Shown here: piece by piece, positions 1 through 10,248 of the stretch
Position numbering within the stretch: position 1 is the stretch's first letter
Layout of the letters: each line of letters begins with the position of its first letter
Origin: Capsulimonadales bacterium
GTDB taxonomy: Bacteria; Armatimonadota; Armatimonadia; Armatimonadales; Armatimonadaceae
Assembly: GCA_033762295.1 (NCBI GenBank)
Contig: JANRLW010000105.1
Location: 1 to 33,223 of the forward strand
Direction of reading: 5' to 3'
DNA: 33,223 nucleotides
Program-made: the position numbers and the translations under genes
The notes under the pieces: model-generated
What the model saw: only the letters and a program-made list of their open reading frames with translations
Databases searched by the model: none
What the model was told of the DNA's origin: nothing

Positions 1-1129
1 TCGCCTGCCCGACACTGCCCGCCCGTCCCGTTCGCCCGATCCGGTGGACGTAGTCCTCGGGAACGTTCGGCAGGTCGAAGTTGAAGACGAACGGCAACTG
101 CCGGATATCCAGTCCGCGCGCGGCGATATCGGTGGCGACCAGAACCCGGACCGCGCCCACCTTGAAATCGTTCAACGCCTTCGTCCGCTGCATCTGACTC
201 CGGTTGCTGTGGATGGTGGCGGTCGAAATCCCGTCCATCTCCAGTTGCCCGGCCAGTCGATCGGCTCCGTGCTTGGTCCGGGTGAAGACCAGCGCCTGAG
301 TGATGTCGTGTCGCCGGATCAATTCGATCAGGACCGAGCGCTTGTGCTCCTTCGGTGTCAGATAGGCGATCTGCTCCACCAGCGCACTGTCGGCGTTCGC
401 CCGCCCGATCTCCACCCGTTGCGGCGCGTTCAGCAGTTCATCGGCCAGGGCCTTGATGTCCTGCGAAAAAGTGGCGGAGAAAAGGAGGTTCTGGCGTCTC
501 TCGGGCAGCAAAGCCAGCACCCGCCGGATATCGCGAACGAACCCCATGTCCAGCATCCGATCCGCCTCATCCAGAATGAAGGTCTCGACCCGGCTCAGAT
601 CGACGGTCCGCTGCCCGACGTGGTCCATCAACCGTCCGGGCGTCGCGACCAGAATATCCGCTCCCTGGCCGAGCGCCCGGACCTGCGGACTCATACTGAC
701 CCCACCGAACACCACGACCGATACCAGCGGCAGATGCTTTCCGTAGGTGCGAACGCTCTCCTCGACCTGCGCGGCCAGTTCGCGCGTCGGTGTCAGCACC
801 AGCGCCCGAACCGGGCGGGGCGGGGCGGAGCGACGCGCCGGATGCCGGTGTGCGTGCGGTCCCCCGTGAACGGTCGGCCGGTGCGTTTCCATCAACCGCT
901 GCAGCAGGGGCAGGGTAAACCCGCCCGTTTTTCCGGTCCCGGTCTCCGCGGCGGCCAGCACGTCCTCCCCCTTCAAAATCAGCGGGATGACCGCCGCCTG
1001 AATCGGGGTGGGCGTCTCATATCCCTTCTCCGCCAGTGCCCGCAGCAGTTCCGCCCGCAGACCGAGAGCGGCGAACGACGGCATGGTTTCGACCCCGTCC
1101 TGCGGGGTCCCAGTCACTATTTCCGACAT
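1..1129 (-). CDS. rhlE: DEAD-box ATP-dependent RNA helicase (RhlE-like), 3' end runs off the window
   Basis: Manual minus-strand translation from ATG 1129 (alternative ATG 1084) gives the Q motif GYETPTPIQ, then [38 protein letters not shown] and [10 protein letters not shown]. It is absent from the ORF track because there is no stop in the window. Confidence 0.93.
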   Translation of the reverse strand, partial: MSEIVTGTPQDGVETMPSFAALGLRAELLRALAEKGYETPTPIQAAVIPLILKGEDVLAAAETGTGKTGGFTLPLLQRLMETHRPTVHGGPHAHRHPARRSAPPRPVRALVLTPTRELAAQVEESVRTYGKHLPLVSVVVFGGVSMSPQVRALGQGADILVATPGRLMDHVGQRTVDLSRVETFILDEADRMLDMGFVRDIRRVLALLPERRQNLLFSATFSQDIKALADELLNAPQRVEIGRANADSALVEQIAYLTPKEHKRSVLIELIRRHDITQALVFTRTKHGADRLAGQLEMDGISTATIHSNRSQMQRTKALNDFKVGAVRVLVATDIAARGLDIRQLPFVFNFDLPNVPEDYVHRIGRTGRAGSVGQA

Positions 1130-1456
1130 AAGTAAACGAAATTCTCCGACATCGGCCCGCATTCGTCGCGCGGCAACACACCGCGCGGGGTATCCGGTTC
1201 GGGCCAATATCAAGGTCAGGTGCAGAAAGGTCGGGGAAGTTCGGAAGAAAAACCACGAACTAAAGGCGGCAACGCAAACCGGGGTGCGCAACAACACAAT
1301 GCACGGTCAATACGATGCCTATCATCTTATCACGGACCCGACAGGATGGCCCGGATGGCTCGCAGTCGAAATACCCGTATAATGCTATTGCCTGACAAAT
1401 TTATACTCCGGCGGACACCCATGCGATACGGAACGGTTCCGCCGAAAAAGGCAGCG

Positions 1457-2545
1457 ATGACTTCACCGACGTACGGCTTTATCATGACGCAGGTCGCCGG
1501 GCATACCGCTTTCTACCGGAGCATTCGGCCGATCCTCTCCGCGGAACCCGGCATACGGACCGTCTGGAACGAAGTCCACTATTCCCGGTCCGGCGACCGA
1601 TTGGATCGCCTCGTCGCCCGCCTCCCCTTTCTTCCCGCCCACCCGGTCAACATCCTTCGCGCCGTCCTCGATGTGCGCCAGGGACTGCGGCAAGGCCCCT
1701 ACGACGCTCTGTTTCTTAATTCCGATGAAGCGATCTTCTTCCCGGAACGCATCCGCCGGATCCCGACCCTCTTCTATGCCGACGCGACCCCGCTCCTGAT
1801 CGACCGGATGGCCGCTTACCATCACCCCGACGACGGAAAACTGGTCGGCGGCCTGAAATATCGTCTCTTCCGGCAACTGGTCCATCGCGTACGGTACGTT
1901 GTCGCCTGGTCGGAATGGGCGCGTCAGTCGTTTATCGAGGATTACGGCGTGCCCCCCGAAAGAACGCTCCTTCTTCCTCCGGGCCTCGATCCGGCAACCT
2001 GGCGGTATTTTGACCGCAGCGGACGCGCCCACCGCACACCGCGCGTCCTCTTCGTCGGCGGGGATTTCGAGCGCAAAGGCGGCGATCTGCTCCTGGACTG
2101 GTTCAAACGTCAGCCGACGGGGTCCTGTGAACTCGATGTCGTCACCCGCGATCCCGTAGACCCCCATCCGGGGATGACGGTGCATTACGGAATGACGCCC
2201 AACTCGCCCGCCCTGATGGCTCTGTATACGGAAGCCGACCTCTTTATCCTGCCGAGCCGCGGAGAGTGTTTCGGCATCGCGACCACCGAGGCCATGGCGA
2301 CCGGACTTCCCGTCATCCAGACCGACGTCGGCGGCGTACGCGACATTATCGAAGAGGGAGTGAACGGTTTCATCATCCGGCCGAACGACCCGGATTCGAT
2401 GGATCGCGCCTTGCAGTCCCTGTTGCAAAACCGATCATTGCGTCTGGAAATGGGGCGCGCCGGTCGCGACCGGGCGGAGGAAAGGTTCAATCTGGCCCGA
2501 AACGCGCGACAGATCCTCGACTATCTCGGGCGGATGCGCCAGTAA
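1457..2545 (+). CDS. Glycosyltransferase family 4 (GT-B fold)
   Basis: Contains LFVGGDFERKGG and DLFILPSRGECFGIATTEAMATGLPVI (E-x7-E), then GVNGFII. The start at ATG 1457 is inferred; the ORF is open from 1220. Confidence 0.9.
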   Translation: MTSPTYGFIMTQVAGHTAFYRSIRPILSAEPGIRTVWNEVHYSRSGDRLDRLVARLPFLPAHPVNILRAVLDVRQGLRQGPYDALFLNSDEAIFFPERIRRIPTLFYADATPLLIDRMAAYHHPDDGKLVGGLKYRLFRQLVHRVRYVVAWSEWARQSFIEDYGVPPERTLLLPPGLDPATWRYFDRSGRAHRTPRVLFVGGDFERKGGDLLLDWFKRQPTGSCELDVVTRDPVDPHPGMTVHYGMTPNSPALMALYTEADLFILPSRGECFGIATTEAMATGLPVIQTDVGGVRDIIEEGVNGFIIRPNDPDSMDRALQSLLQNRSLRLEMGRAGRDRAEERFNLARNARQILDYLGRMRQ

Positions 2546-2554
2546 TATGGATGC

Positions 2555-5329
2555 TCAGACGGGCCGGCCACACAGCGCCTCGATACGGGCCAGCAGTTCT
2601 TCCGGGGTCATTGTCGCACCGTGCGCCGCCGCCGCCGTCACCGCCGCCGCGCCCATCTCCGCCCGCGCGGCCCTCTGACAGGCGTCCTGACTCTCCTCCA
2701 CATGCGGCGGCGGAGCGATTCCGATACGCTCTCGCAGGCTCGCCGCCGCTCCGGTGAATCGAACGGCCTCCTCGAACCGGGCGGTCTGCAACAATAATGA
2801 CGCGAGCAGGTCCAGGCCGAACGCGATCAGACGCCGATCCTCCAGTTCGTAGAAGGCGATGATCGCGAGCCTCGCCTCCTCGCTCGCTCGCTCGATCTCC
2901 CCCAGCGAAAGCAGCGTCCCGGCCAGGTTATGACGCGCCAGTGCTTCCCCGTGACGATCATTCAGCTGACGTCGGACCGTCAGATTGCGCTCGAACAGGG
3001 AACGGGCCAGCGGCAGTTCCTTTCGTTCCCGGGCGAGCATGCCAAGATTGTTCAGCGCGTTTCCCTGACGGCGCAGGTCGCCCAGTTCGGTAGCCGCTTC
3101 CAGACTCCGCCGGTAGTAGGGAAGGGCATCGTCCGGACGTCCCTGACTGAAGGCGATATTTCCCAGATTGGTCAGCGTATCCGAGATCCCCGCTCGATCG
3201 TCCAACGCCTCATAGACCGCCAGGCATTCCCGCTGACGGGCTTCCGCGCGTGCGTAATCACCCTGCGCATAGCTCACATCCCCGAGCCGACGAAGGGCGG
3301 TCGCCGCCGCAACCCGGTCGCCGACGACATCCGCCAGGGACAGACTGCGTTCGAAACAACGTTCGGCATCCGCGAATTCACTGCGAAACCAGGCGAACTG
3401 CCCCGTCATACGAAAAGCCGCTGCCCGAAGGGTCGGCGACGCTCCGTCGCCGCTCGCTTCCAGCAGACGTTCGGGATAGTGACGCCCCTCGCGAAAATAC
3501 CCACGAATCTCCCAGAGAGGTTGCAACGCTACCGCCAGACGCAGACCGGGGACCGCTTCGGTCGCCTCCCGCAGACACCAATCGAGCGCGAGTCGGAAGT
3601 TTCCGTGCTCCCGCTCCAAACGATCCAGCGTCTCCGCGCGTTCGAGGGCCTCCGGTTCGCCGGTCGCCGCCTCGGCGAACACCAGCGCCCAGTCCCGATG
3701 CCGTGTCCGAACCGTCTCCCACTCCCCCGCCTCCCGCAGTTTCTCATGACCGTACTGTCGCAACGATTCCAAAACCCGATACCGTGCGCCCGCTCCGCTT
3801 GTCTCCCCCGCGAGATCGATTCGGATCAGACTGTGATCCGCCAGCAGACTCAACCGTCGCTCGGTCTCCGCCGGATCGACCGGGTTCATCGGATCGACAG
3901 GGTCCGGAGGAGGGAAAAGCACGGTCGCCGCCTCGGCCGAAAACCCATCGGCAAAGACGGTGATACATCGAAAATCGGCTTTTTCCCCGATCGTCAGTCG
4001 ATCGTAGGTCCAGTCGATCGTATTCCTGAGGGAGAGATGCCGCACGGGCATATCCCGCATTTGCGATGTGAGCAAGCGCAGGCGTTCGGCCAGCGCGATT
4101 CGTATCTCGGCGACCGACAGACGACGCACCTGGGCGGCCGCCAGTTCGATCGCCAGCGGCACCCCGTCCAGATCGTCACAAACGGCGGCTACCTCCGCAC
4201 GGAGGACGGCGTCGGCAACGTCGGCAGCGAACCTCCGATTCGCCTGCTGTGCCCGCGTCCGGAACAGTTCTTGCCCCTCCTCCGGGGAAAGCGGCGGCAG
4301 TTCGTACGTATATTCGGCCCGGAGATCGAGCGGCGAGCGTGACGTCGCCAGTATCGCAAGCGAGGCGCAACGCCGCAGCAACTCGGCAATCTCCGGAGCG
4401 GCGTCGAGCACCTGCTCGAAGTTATCGGGGATGAGCAGCAAACGTTTCTCGGACAGGAACGCGATCAATTGCTCCAAAAGCGAGTTTGCCGCTTCTTCCC
4501 GCAAACCGAGTGTGCGAACAATCGCCGGTAACACCTGTTCATGCGTTTCGAGACCGGCGAGATCGACAAACCAGACGCCGTCCGGAAAGCGTTCCAGCAC
4601 TCGCCGTCCGACCTCCTGCGCCAATCGGGTCTTTCCCATTCCGCCGAAGCCGGTCAGGGTGACGAGTCGAATGCCCTCCCCGGTCAGCAGGGAGCAAATT
4701 TCCTGCAGTTCGGCGTCGCGTCCGATGAACGCTCCGGCCGGAGCGGGCAGATTATGGGGGTGGGTCGAGAGTGTTTTCAACGGCGGAAACCGCTCGGGAA
4801 GTCCCTCGGCGCAGACCTGGAACAGGCGGACGGGTTCGGGGATATCCTTCAGGCGATGGCTGCCCCGATCGAGAAAACGGATATCCCCGGCCCCGCCGGT
4901 TGTCTCCTCATAGGCGAACTTCACCGATTCGGAGACGATGACCTGTCCTCCCGACGCCGTATCGCGGATACGCGCCACCCGGTTCAGCGCGCTACCGTAG
5001 TAATCGCCTTCCCGGTACTCGGCCTCACCCCCATGGATCCCGATTCGGACTTTAATCGTCCCGACGGTCTTCCAGTCTTCGCCCGCCAGATTCCGCTGCG
5101 CTTCCACGGCCGCCTCAACCGCCGCGTTCGCATCGGGGAAAGCGACACAGAAAGCGTCTCCGATCGTCCGAAAAACGTGCCCCTGCCGCCGCTCCGATGC
5201 CTCACGCAGAATCGCGTCATGCCGCGCCAGAGCCGCCCGCATCGCGATCGGAAACCGCTCCCACAGACGCGTGCTGCCTTCCATATCCGTAAACAGAAAT
5301 ACGTGCTCGCCGATCGGATTCATGGACAT
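2555..5329 (-). CDS. Class III adenylate/guanylate cyclase domain + STAND/NB-ARC-like ATPase + TPR repeats
   Basis: Cyclase motifs FTDMEGST, GDAF, RIGIHGG and YYGSALNRVARI. Walker A GFGGMGKT, then LIPDNFEQ and DGVPLAIELAA. The C-terminus has TPR-like repeats (LTNLGNIA, LNNLGMLA, HNLAGTL). Confidence 0.9.
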   Translation of the reverse strand: MSMNPIGEHVFLFTDMEGSTRLWERFPIAMRAALARHDAILREASERRQGHVFRTIGDAFCVAFPDANAAVEAAVEAQRNLAGEDWKTVGTIKVRIGIHGGEAEYREGDYYGSALNRVARIRDTASGGQVIVSESVKFAYEETTGGAGDIRFLDRGSHRLKDIPEPVRLFQVCAEGLPERFPPLKTLSTHPHNLPAPAGAFIGRDAELQEICSLLTGEGIRLVTLTGFGGMGKTRLAQEVGRRVLERFPDGVWFVDLAGLETHEQVLPAIVRTLGLREEAANSLLEQLIAFLSEKRLLLIPDNFEQVLDAAPEIAELLRRCASLAILATSRSPLDLRAEYTYELPPLSPEEGQELFRTRAQQANRRFAADVADAVLRAEVAAVCDDLDGVPLAIELAAAQVRRLSVAEIRIALAERLRLLTSQMRDMPVRHLSLRNTIDWTYDRLTIGEKADFRCITVFADGFSAEAATVLFPPPDPVDPMNPVDPAETERRLSLLADHSLIRIDLAGETSGAGARYRVLESLRQYGHEKLREAGEWETVRTRHRDWALVFAEAATGEPEALERAETLDRLEREHGNFRLALDWCLREATEAVPGLRLAVALQPLWEIRGYFREGRHYPERLLEASGDGASPTLRAAAFRMTGQFAWFRSEFADAERCFERSLSLADVVGDRVAAATALRRLGDVSYAQGDYARAEARQRECLAVYEALDDRAGISDTLTNLGNIAFSQGRPDDALPYYRRSLEAATELGDLRRQGNALNNLGMLARERKELPLARSLFERNLTVRRQLNDRHGEALARHNLAGTLLSLGEIERASEEARLAIIAFYELEDRRLIAFGLDLLASLLLQTARFEEAVRFTGAAASLRERIGIAPPPHVEESQDACQRAARAEMGAAAVTAAAAHGATMTPEELLARIEALCGRPV

Positions 5330-5457
5330 ACCTTCGCTTCCGCACTATTATCGCCCATTCTCCGGTGTCACGAGATAATTTCTTCCCGATAGCCGGATCC
5401 TCCAATTTTATGATCTATAATTACTTATCTTGCTTCCGCTCAAAAAGGAACCTTTTC

Positions 5458-5919
5458 ATGCCTTCCGTAAACATGTTAAATCCCGTACAGATCCCTGCCG
5501 GCGGTGGGTGGGAACCCGTTGTCGGTACGATTACCGGGGAAAGGGAAAAAGTGATCGTCATTACGGGAGTGTCCATTCAATCCGTCGAATGGCCGGAAAA
5601 CTATACCGGACCACAGTTCGGTTTTTCCCTTTTTGGCGGGAGTTTGTTGCAAGCCCTCGATAATAAAACCTGGGATGGCGGTCCGAAAGGCGTTCTGCTT
5701 ATGCCCGACGGAATCTTCGAAGGAACGAATCCCGCGGGCCTGCTTCAGTTCAACATTCAGGGGCAGGGAGAAATGACGGCGGGCATATCCGTTACGATCC
5801 GCCTGACGATGGAATATCTCGCGTTTCCCGTTCACCCGAAATTAACGTCCGGCGCACCGATCCAACAGGATTCCATGGACATTTCGCTTCTCTGTCGGAT
5901 TACGGATAGGAATACCTGA
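5458..5919 (+). CDS. Hypothetical protein (AT-richer than flanks)
   Basis: Open frame with protein-like composition, divergent from the cyclase gene. No family recognised. Confidence 0.6.
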   Translation: MPSVNMLNPVQIPAGGGWEPVVGTITGEREKVIVITGVSIQSVEWPENYTGPQFGFSLFGGSLLQALDNKTWDGGPKGVLLMPDGIFEGTNPAGLLQFNIQGQGEMTAGISVTIRLTMEYLAFPVHPKLTSGAPIQQDSMDISLLCRITDRNT

Positions 5920-5987
5920 AGCGACTCCCGGAGGAGCGACGCCCTACCGGAGGGATAATAAAGGAGTGGCTTGATAATCTGAGCCAG

Positions 5988-6371
5988 TTATTTCGGGCGG
6001 CGGTCTGCGTCGTCCGACCACCACTCGGGTTCGTCTTCCTCGGGTGGGGTGAAGACGGTGCCGCAGGCAGGACAGAGGAACTGCCCCTCCGACAGGTCGG
6101 CGAAATGCCGGCCGGTGTCGGAAGCCGGGGTCACGGGTGTCGCGTCCATGTCATAGTCAGTCGCCGCGTAGACGATGAGGAACCCTTCCACGGTAACGTC
6201 TTCGACCAGGCGGCAGTGCGGACATTCCAGGAGCGGGCGATCGTTAACGAAGAGGCCGAGTTCGCGGGCCTGCGCGTTCAGCCGGGCTATCTCCTCACAC
6301 AGCGGCCGGAGCGCGTCCACGATGCCGGAGACATCGGGCGTACCGTCCTCGTCGTTTTCGTCTTTTCGCAT
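5988..6371 (-). CDS. Small hypothetical zinc-ribbon protein
   Basis: Has CPHC and CPAC pairs. It is co-oriented with, and about 25 bp downstream of, the nucleotidyltransferase gene. Confidence 0.7.
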   Translation of the reverse strand: MRKDENDEDGTPDVSGIVDALRPLCEEIARLNAQARELGLFVNDRPLLECPHCRLVEDVTVEGFLIVYAATDYDMDATPVTPASDTGRHFADLSEGQFLCPACGTVFTPPEEDEPEWWSDDADRRPK

Positions 6372-6395
6372 TTTCGGATAATCATTACACCAGCG

Positions 6396-7286
6396 TCATG
6401 ACGGCGCTATGCCGAGCGCCGCCCGTAAGGCCTCCCAGAAGAGGCCGTGGTCCAGCGGGCCGCTCGCCTGACGTTCCGCCTCCGCGAAGCCAGGGCCGGA
6501 CGGCTCGCCGTAGAGCCTCGCCGCCGCAACGCGGACTTCGGCGGCGACCGAGTGGTTCGCGTAGCGCGCCGCCAGTGTCTCGGCTTTGGCAACCTCGTCC
6601 GGTGTCAGCATCGCGACAAGTAGATAGACGTCGAAGGCGTGCTTCTCGGCAAAAGGCTTGGGCCGCTGTGTCCAGTCGTCCGCCGCCTTCACCTTCATAT
6701 TGAGCCAGGCGTAGGGGTGCGGCACAAGCACGGACGCTTCGACCGGAGTTCCGTCTGTCGCCACTCCCGAGACGGCGACGGACACCGGCGCGTCCTCGAC
6801 CGCGAAGGCTTCGGGCGTCTCGCCGCCGTGCAGGTCAATCCCCGTCCCGGAGCCTACGCGCGACGGGTGGCGCGTCGGGTCCGCGGCGCGGCGCACCGGT
6901 ATGTTCTCCTCGGGGAGCGGCGTCCGGGCGAGTAAGTCCACCTTGACCGTGCGCGCGTCCGGCGCGAGCGCCTTCTCGAACTTGAGGTGCGGGACGCGCT
7001 CCCGGTAGCCCAGCCGATCCAGGAGGCCGCGCACCGCCGCCCCCTTGTCGGCGTCCGACCACAGCTCCATCCGGAGGAAGAAGTCCAGGTCCTGCGTCGC
7101 CCGCGCCGGGGGGATTTCGGCGAGGAGCGTCCGCGCGCCCGTCCGGCGCAGGTGTTCCTGCTTGAGGCGCAGGCCGAAGCCACCCGCCAGGATGAGACCC
7201 TCCGAGGCCGGGTCGGCGAGGACGTCCAGAAGGTGCGGAAACAGTGGGTCCGCGATCCGGGCGCTTACGGACGAATCGTTCCTCAC
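6396..7286 (-). CDS. AbiEii/DUF1814-like nucleotidyltransferase (type IV TA toxin-like)
   Basis: Motifs ILAGG, RATQDLDF, MKVKA and KHAFDVYLL. The GTG start at 7286 overlaps the upstream gene's TGA (GTGA) and follows a GGAGGAG Shine-Dalgarno. Confidence 0.75.
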   Translation of the reverse strand: MRNDSSVSARIADPLFPHLLDVLADPASEGLILAGGFGLRLKQEHLRRTGARTLLAEIPPARATQDLDFFLRMELWSDADKGAAVRGLLDRLGYRERVPHLKFEKALAPDARTVKVDLLARTPLPEENIPVRRAADPTRHPSRVGSGTGIDLHGGETPEAFAVEDAPVSVAVSGVATDGTPVEASVLVPHPYAWLNMKVKAADDWTQRPKPFAEKHAFDVYLLVAMLTPDEVAKAETLAARYANHSVAAEVRVAAARLYGEPSGPGFAEAERQASGPLDHGLFWEALRAALGIAPS

Positions 7287-8428
7287 GGCATCTCCTCCGC
7301 CTCCCCCTTCAAGAGGGCGTCGTACAGGCCCCCGGCGGCGTCGCGCTCGCGCGGGCCGCCCGTCGCCATCTCCAGCCAGACCTGTACCGGCGAGGCCCAC
7401 CGCCCGTCCGCCCGCTACCGCGCGTCGAAGTACACGGTCTCGTCGTCCGTTTCGACCAGTTCCACGTCCGGGAAGACGCGCGTGGGCCGGACTTCCAGAA
7501 GCCGCGCCGCCTCGTCCGGGTCGGAGACGTACAGCGAGAGCCGGTCGGGGCCGGAGAGCAGGCCGTAACGCCCCACCGAACCTTCCCCCGTGGCGACGGC
7601 GCGGAGGCGGCCCGCCGCATCGCCCGACGTGACCGTGCGGAGCCGCTGCCAGACGTCGGCGGGACTCAGGGCCGTCTTGCCCTCGATCCGCGCGCCCGAC
7701 GGCTTGCGGTAGTTCTCGCGCAGGCGGTCGAGGAGCCGCGCCGGGTCCGAGAGGCGCACGCCGCCCCGCCCCTCGCGCCGGACGATCAGGTCTTCCTCCA
7801 GGGATTGGACGACTTTAGACGCGGTTCCTTTGACAAGTTGCGCCGCGTCGTCCGGGGCGACAACCCGGTCGCGGGCGAAGGACTGGAGCGAACGGAGCGA
7901 GTCGAACGCGGGGCGGAGCAGGAGGGCGCGAGCGAAGAGCGAGCTGGTCCCCCGGTAAACGTTGCGGATCGGCTGACTGCTCCTGAAGCGGTTGGGGGCG
8001 CCGCCGCGAAAGACGGAAAAATCGGCGGCGAGCAGGACGCCGTTGCCGCACAGGTCCACGCCGCTCACGCCCTCCCCTTCCAGTCGTCGAAGACTTTCCT
8101 CCGAGAGGTAAGGGGCGATGACGAGGGGGCGAATACCCGTCTTCTCCGACCAGAGGCGCGCCTGAGCGACGGCGGTTTCTACGGCTTTCGGCGTGCCGAG
8201 TGACTTGTACTCCGCGACGAACCGTTCCCGACGCTCGCCCCAGGTGGCCACGAACACCCCATCCCCGATCGTATCCCCGGTCGGCAGGGTCGCCTCGTCA
8301 GCAAGGCGCAGAACAACAGGCGCGAGGCAGAGTCCGTCCGCGCGCGCCCGCTCCCGAAACTGTGCCTCGGACCAGGGCTGCTGGCGAAGGGGTAAGTCAG
8401 ATGTGTCCGTTTTTGTTCTTCGAGACAT
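7283..8428 (-). pseudogene. AbiEi-like antitoxin / transcription regulator interrupted by an in-frame TAG at 7415-7417
   Basis: Contains PLVIAPYLS...GVDLCGNG and a central HTH-like segment. After the TAG the same frame continues RADGRWASPVQVWLEMATGGPRERDAAGGLYDALLKGEAEEMP to TGA 7283-7285, which is coupled to the toxin start. Confidence 0.75.
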
Positions 8429-8432
8429 GGCT

Positions 8433-8501
8433 AAGTTTCCTCAATAGTACACGATTCTTAAACAGGAAACAATATATTTTCAGGAAACTTTGAGCAGGAA
8501 C
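8433..8501. promoter_or_regulatory. AT-rich control region with AGGAAAC repeats (probable antitoxin operator)
   Basis: AAGTTTCCT (8433-8441) and AGGAAACTT (8482-8490) form an inverted pair. CAGGAAAC occurs at 8463 and 8481, and CAGGAAC at 8495. A minus-strand TACTAT -10-like hexamer is at 8444-8449. Confidence 0.5.
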
Positions 8502-8520
8502 GGTAAATCTTTCGAGGAGG

Positions 8521-8859
8521 GTGATGGTCTTGCGGAGAGGATACTTTCCGAAGATCGATTACCCGCTCCTGTATGTCGTCCGCGCGGCGGGGGCGTCATT
8601 TTTCGTAGGGGTGGAGGAACACACACTGGAAGGGGTTCGGGTCCGGGTGACGGGGGTTGCCCGGACGGTCGCCGACTGCTTCAAGTACCGGAGCCGGGTA
8701 GGTCCGGATGTGGCCCTCGAAGTCCTGTACGACAGCCTGTGTAAGCGAAAGGCGACGCTAACGGAGATTAACGGTTGCGCCCGGGCCTGCCGGGTGGAGA
8801 AGGTGATGCGCCCGTACCTGGAGGCGATGGCCGTTCGGCGTTGCGAGGGGCGCATATGA
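8521..8859 (+). pseudogene. C-terminal fragment of a second AbiEi-family antitoxin
   Basis: PKIDYP...GVEEHTLEGVRVRVTGVARTVADCFKYRSRVGPDVALE...CRVEKVMRPYLEAM is typical of the AbiEi C-terminal half. There is no N-terminal wHTH and no AbiEii gene follows. Confidence 0.75.
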
Positions 8860-9316
8860 TCGGGGAGCGATATGCCGGAAGACAACCGGATCGCAACCGC
8901 GGAAGAGATGGTCGGGCACGAACAGTTCCTGCACGAGGTCAAGGCAGAAGGGGCTTTCCCTCCGGAACTTGCGCTCGTTCATGGAAGCACGTCCCGACGC
9001 CGATTTATTGCAACGACCCGTTCCAACATTGTCCTGAGGCCAGAACGTCATCCTGCCGGACCGGCCGGGCACCGAAGGACCAACGCTGGTACGAGGACGT
9101 GCGGCCTCCAAGTTCCTTGATTTCGCGGAGGCACGCGGCGTCTTCGACCCCAAGGCGGTGCAGCCTATGCTGGTGGCGGACGGGGTGGAGACGGAGCAAA
9201 AATTGCATGAGCCACAGACCGTCAAGCAGGAGTTGGCCGCCGTGCGATGCCCTTCGACCGGATGGTCGTCGGGCGAATGCACCGATAGACCCGGCACGAA
9301 CCGTCCCGTCCGGAAA

Positions 9317-10153
9317 CTACCGCACCGCCAGGAACGGTTGCATCTTCTCGTACTTTTTCGGTCCGATGCCTTTGACGTCCTTGATCTGAGAGACGTCGGC
9401 GAAGCTTCCGATCTGCTGGCGGTATTCCAGAATCCGTTGCGCGGTGCTCGGGCCGACACCCGGTAGCCGCTGCAGTTCGGACAGGCCCGCCGTGTTCAGG
9501 TTCACCGTGCCGTCGCCCGGATTCCTGAACTTGGCCGAACCGGACCCGCCGCCCGGTTCGCTCTCGGAGGACGGTTCCGCCGGACGCTCCGGATTCGCGC
9601 TGTCCCCGGCGACCGTCGCCCCCTTGCCCAGAACGCGCCCCGGCTTCGGAGAGGACGGGGACGCGGACGGGGAGTGCGCCGATCCGCGTCGAACGGCCCG
9701 CGTTTCGCTCGATGCCGAACGCGCCGGTCGCCGGACCGGTTCCCGCGCCGGAACATGGTACTGGTCGGCGTCCCGCACGTAATCCGCCAGGTTCAAAACG
9801 TCGGTCCGGGCGTTCGCCGTAAACCCGCCCGCCGCCTCGATCGCCTCCTGAATCCGGTCCCCCGGCTTCAAACGATACACCCCGGCGCGTTTGACCTCCC
9901 CCGACACGAACACTCTGGGCGCGGAGGGTGACGCGGCGGCGGTCGGGGTCGGCGACGGAGAAACCGGGGGCGTGACGACCGGTCCTTCGGCCAGAAGGGT
10001 CATCGGCGGGGCGGGCGTTGCCACCGGAACCGGAGCGATCGAGACCGGTTCGGACCCGCCGGACCCGCTCCTCAAAGACAGTCCGATCGCCAGCAGAGCC
10101 AGCACCCCGCCGAACGCCGACATCCCGATGACCTGACGCCTGTCCCATTGCAT
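9317..10153 (-). CDS. comEA: ComEA DNA-binding competence protein (TM + SLBB + helix-hairpin-helix)
   Basis: N-terminal TM segment, SLBB motif VFVSGEVKRAGVYRLKPGDRIQEAIEAAGG, and HhH motif VNLNTAGLSELQRLPGVGPSTAQRILEYR...VKGIGPKK. Confidence 0.92.
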   Translation of the reverse strand: MQWDRRQVIGMSAFGGVLALLAIGLSLRSGSGGSEPVSIAPVPVATPAPPMTLLAEGPVVTPPVSPSPTPTAAASPSAPRVFVSGEVKRAGVYRLKPGDRIQEAIEAAGGFTANARTDVLNLADYVRDADQYHVPAREPVRRPARSASSETRAVRRGSAHSPSASPSSPKPGRVLGKGATVAGDSANPERPAEPSSESEPGGGSGSAKFRNPGDGTVNLNTAGLSELQRLPGVGPSTAQRILEYRQQIGSFADVSQIKDVKGIGPKKYEKMQPFLAVR

Positions 10154-10248
10154 ACTCCGATCATACAGAAAATCGGAGCGAAAGACGAGCAGACACAAAA
10201 GCAGACAAAGGAAGGCGCAAAGCCGTCAGTCGTCACGTCCTCCGGTCG

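Noticed and set aside
44..1135. 363-aa plus-strand ORF
   Set aside because: It is the antisense shadow of the DEAD-box helicase, whose motifs are all on the minus strand.
7415..7417. Genome-wide TAG recoding or pyrrolysine
   Set aside because: comEA and pflA end in TAG at their expected C-termini, and no pyl genes are seen.
8860..9316. Short ORFs between the AbiEi fragment and comEA
   Set aside because: No recognisable motif and coding-like stretches are split across frames, so no specific call can be supported.
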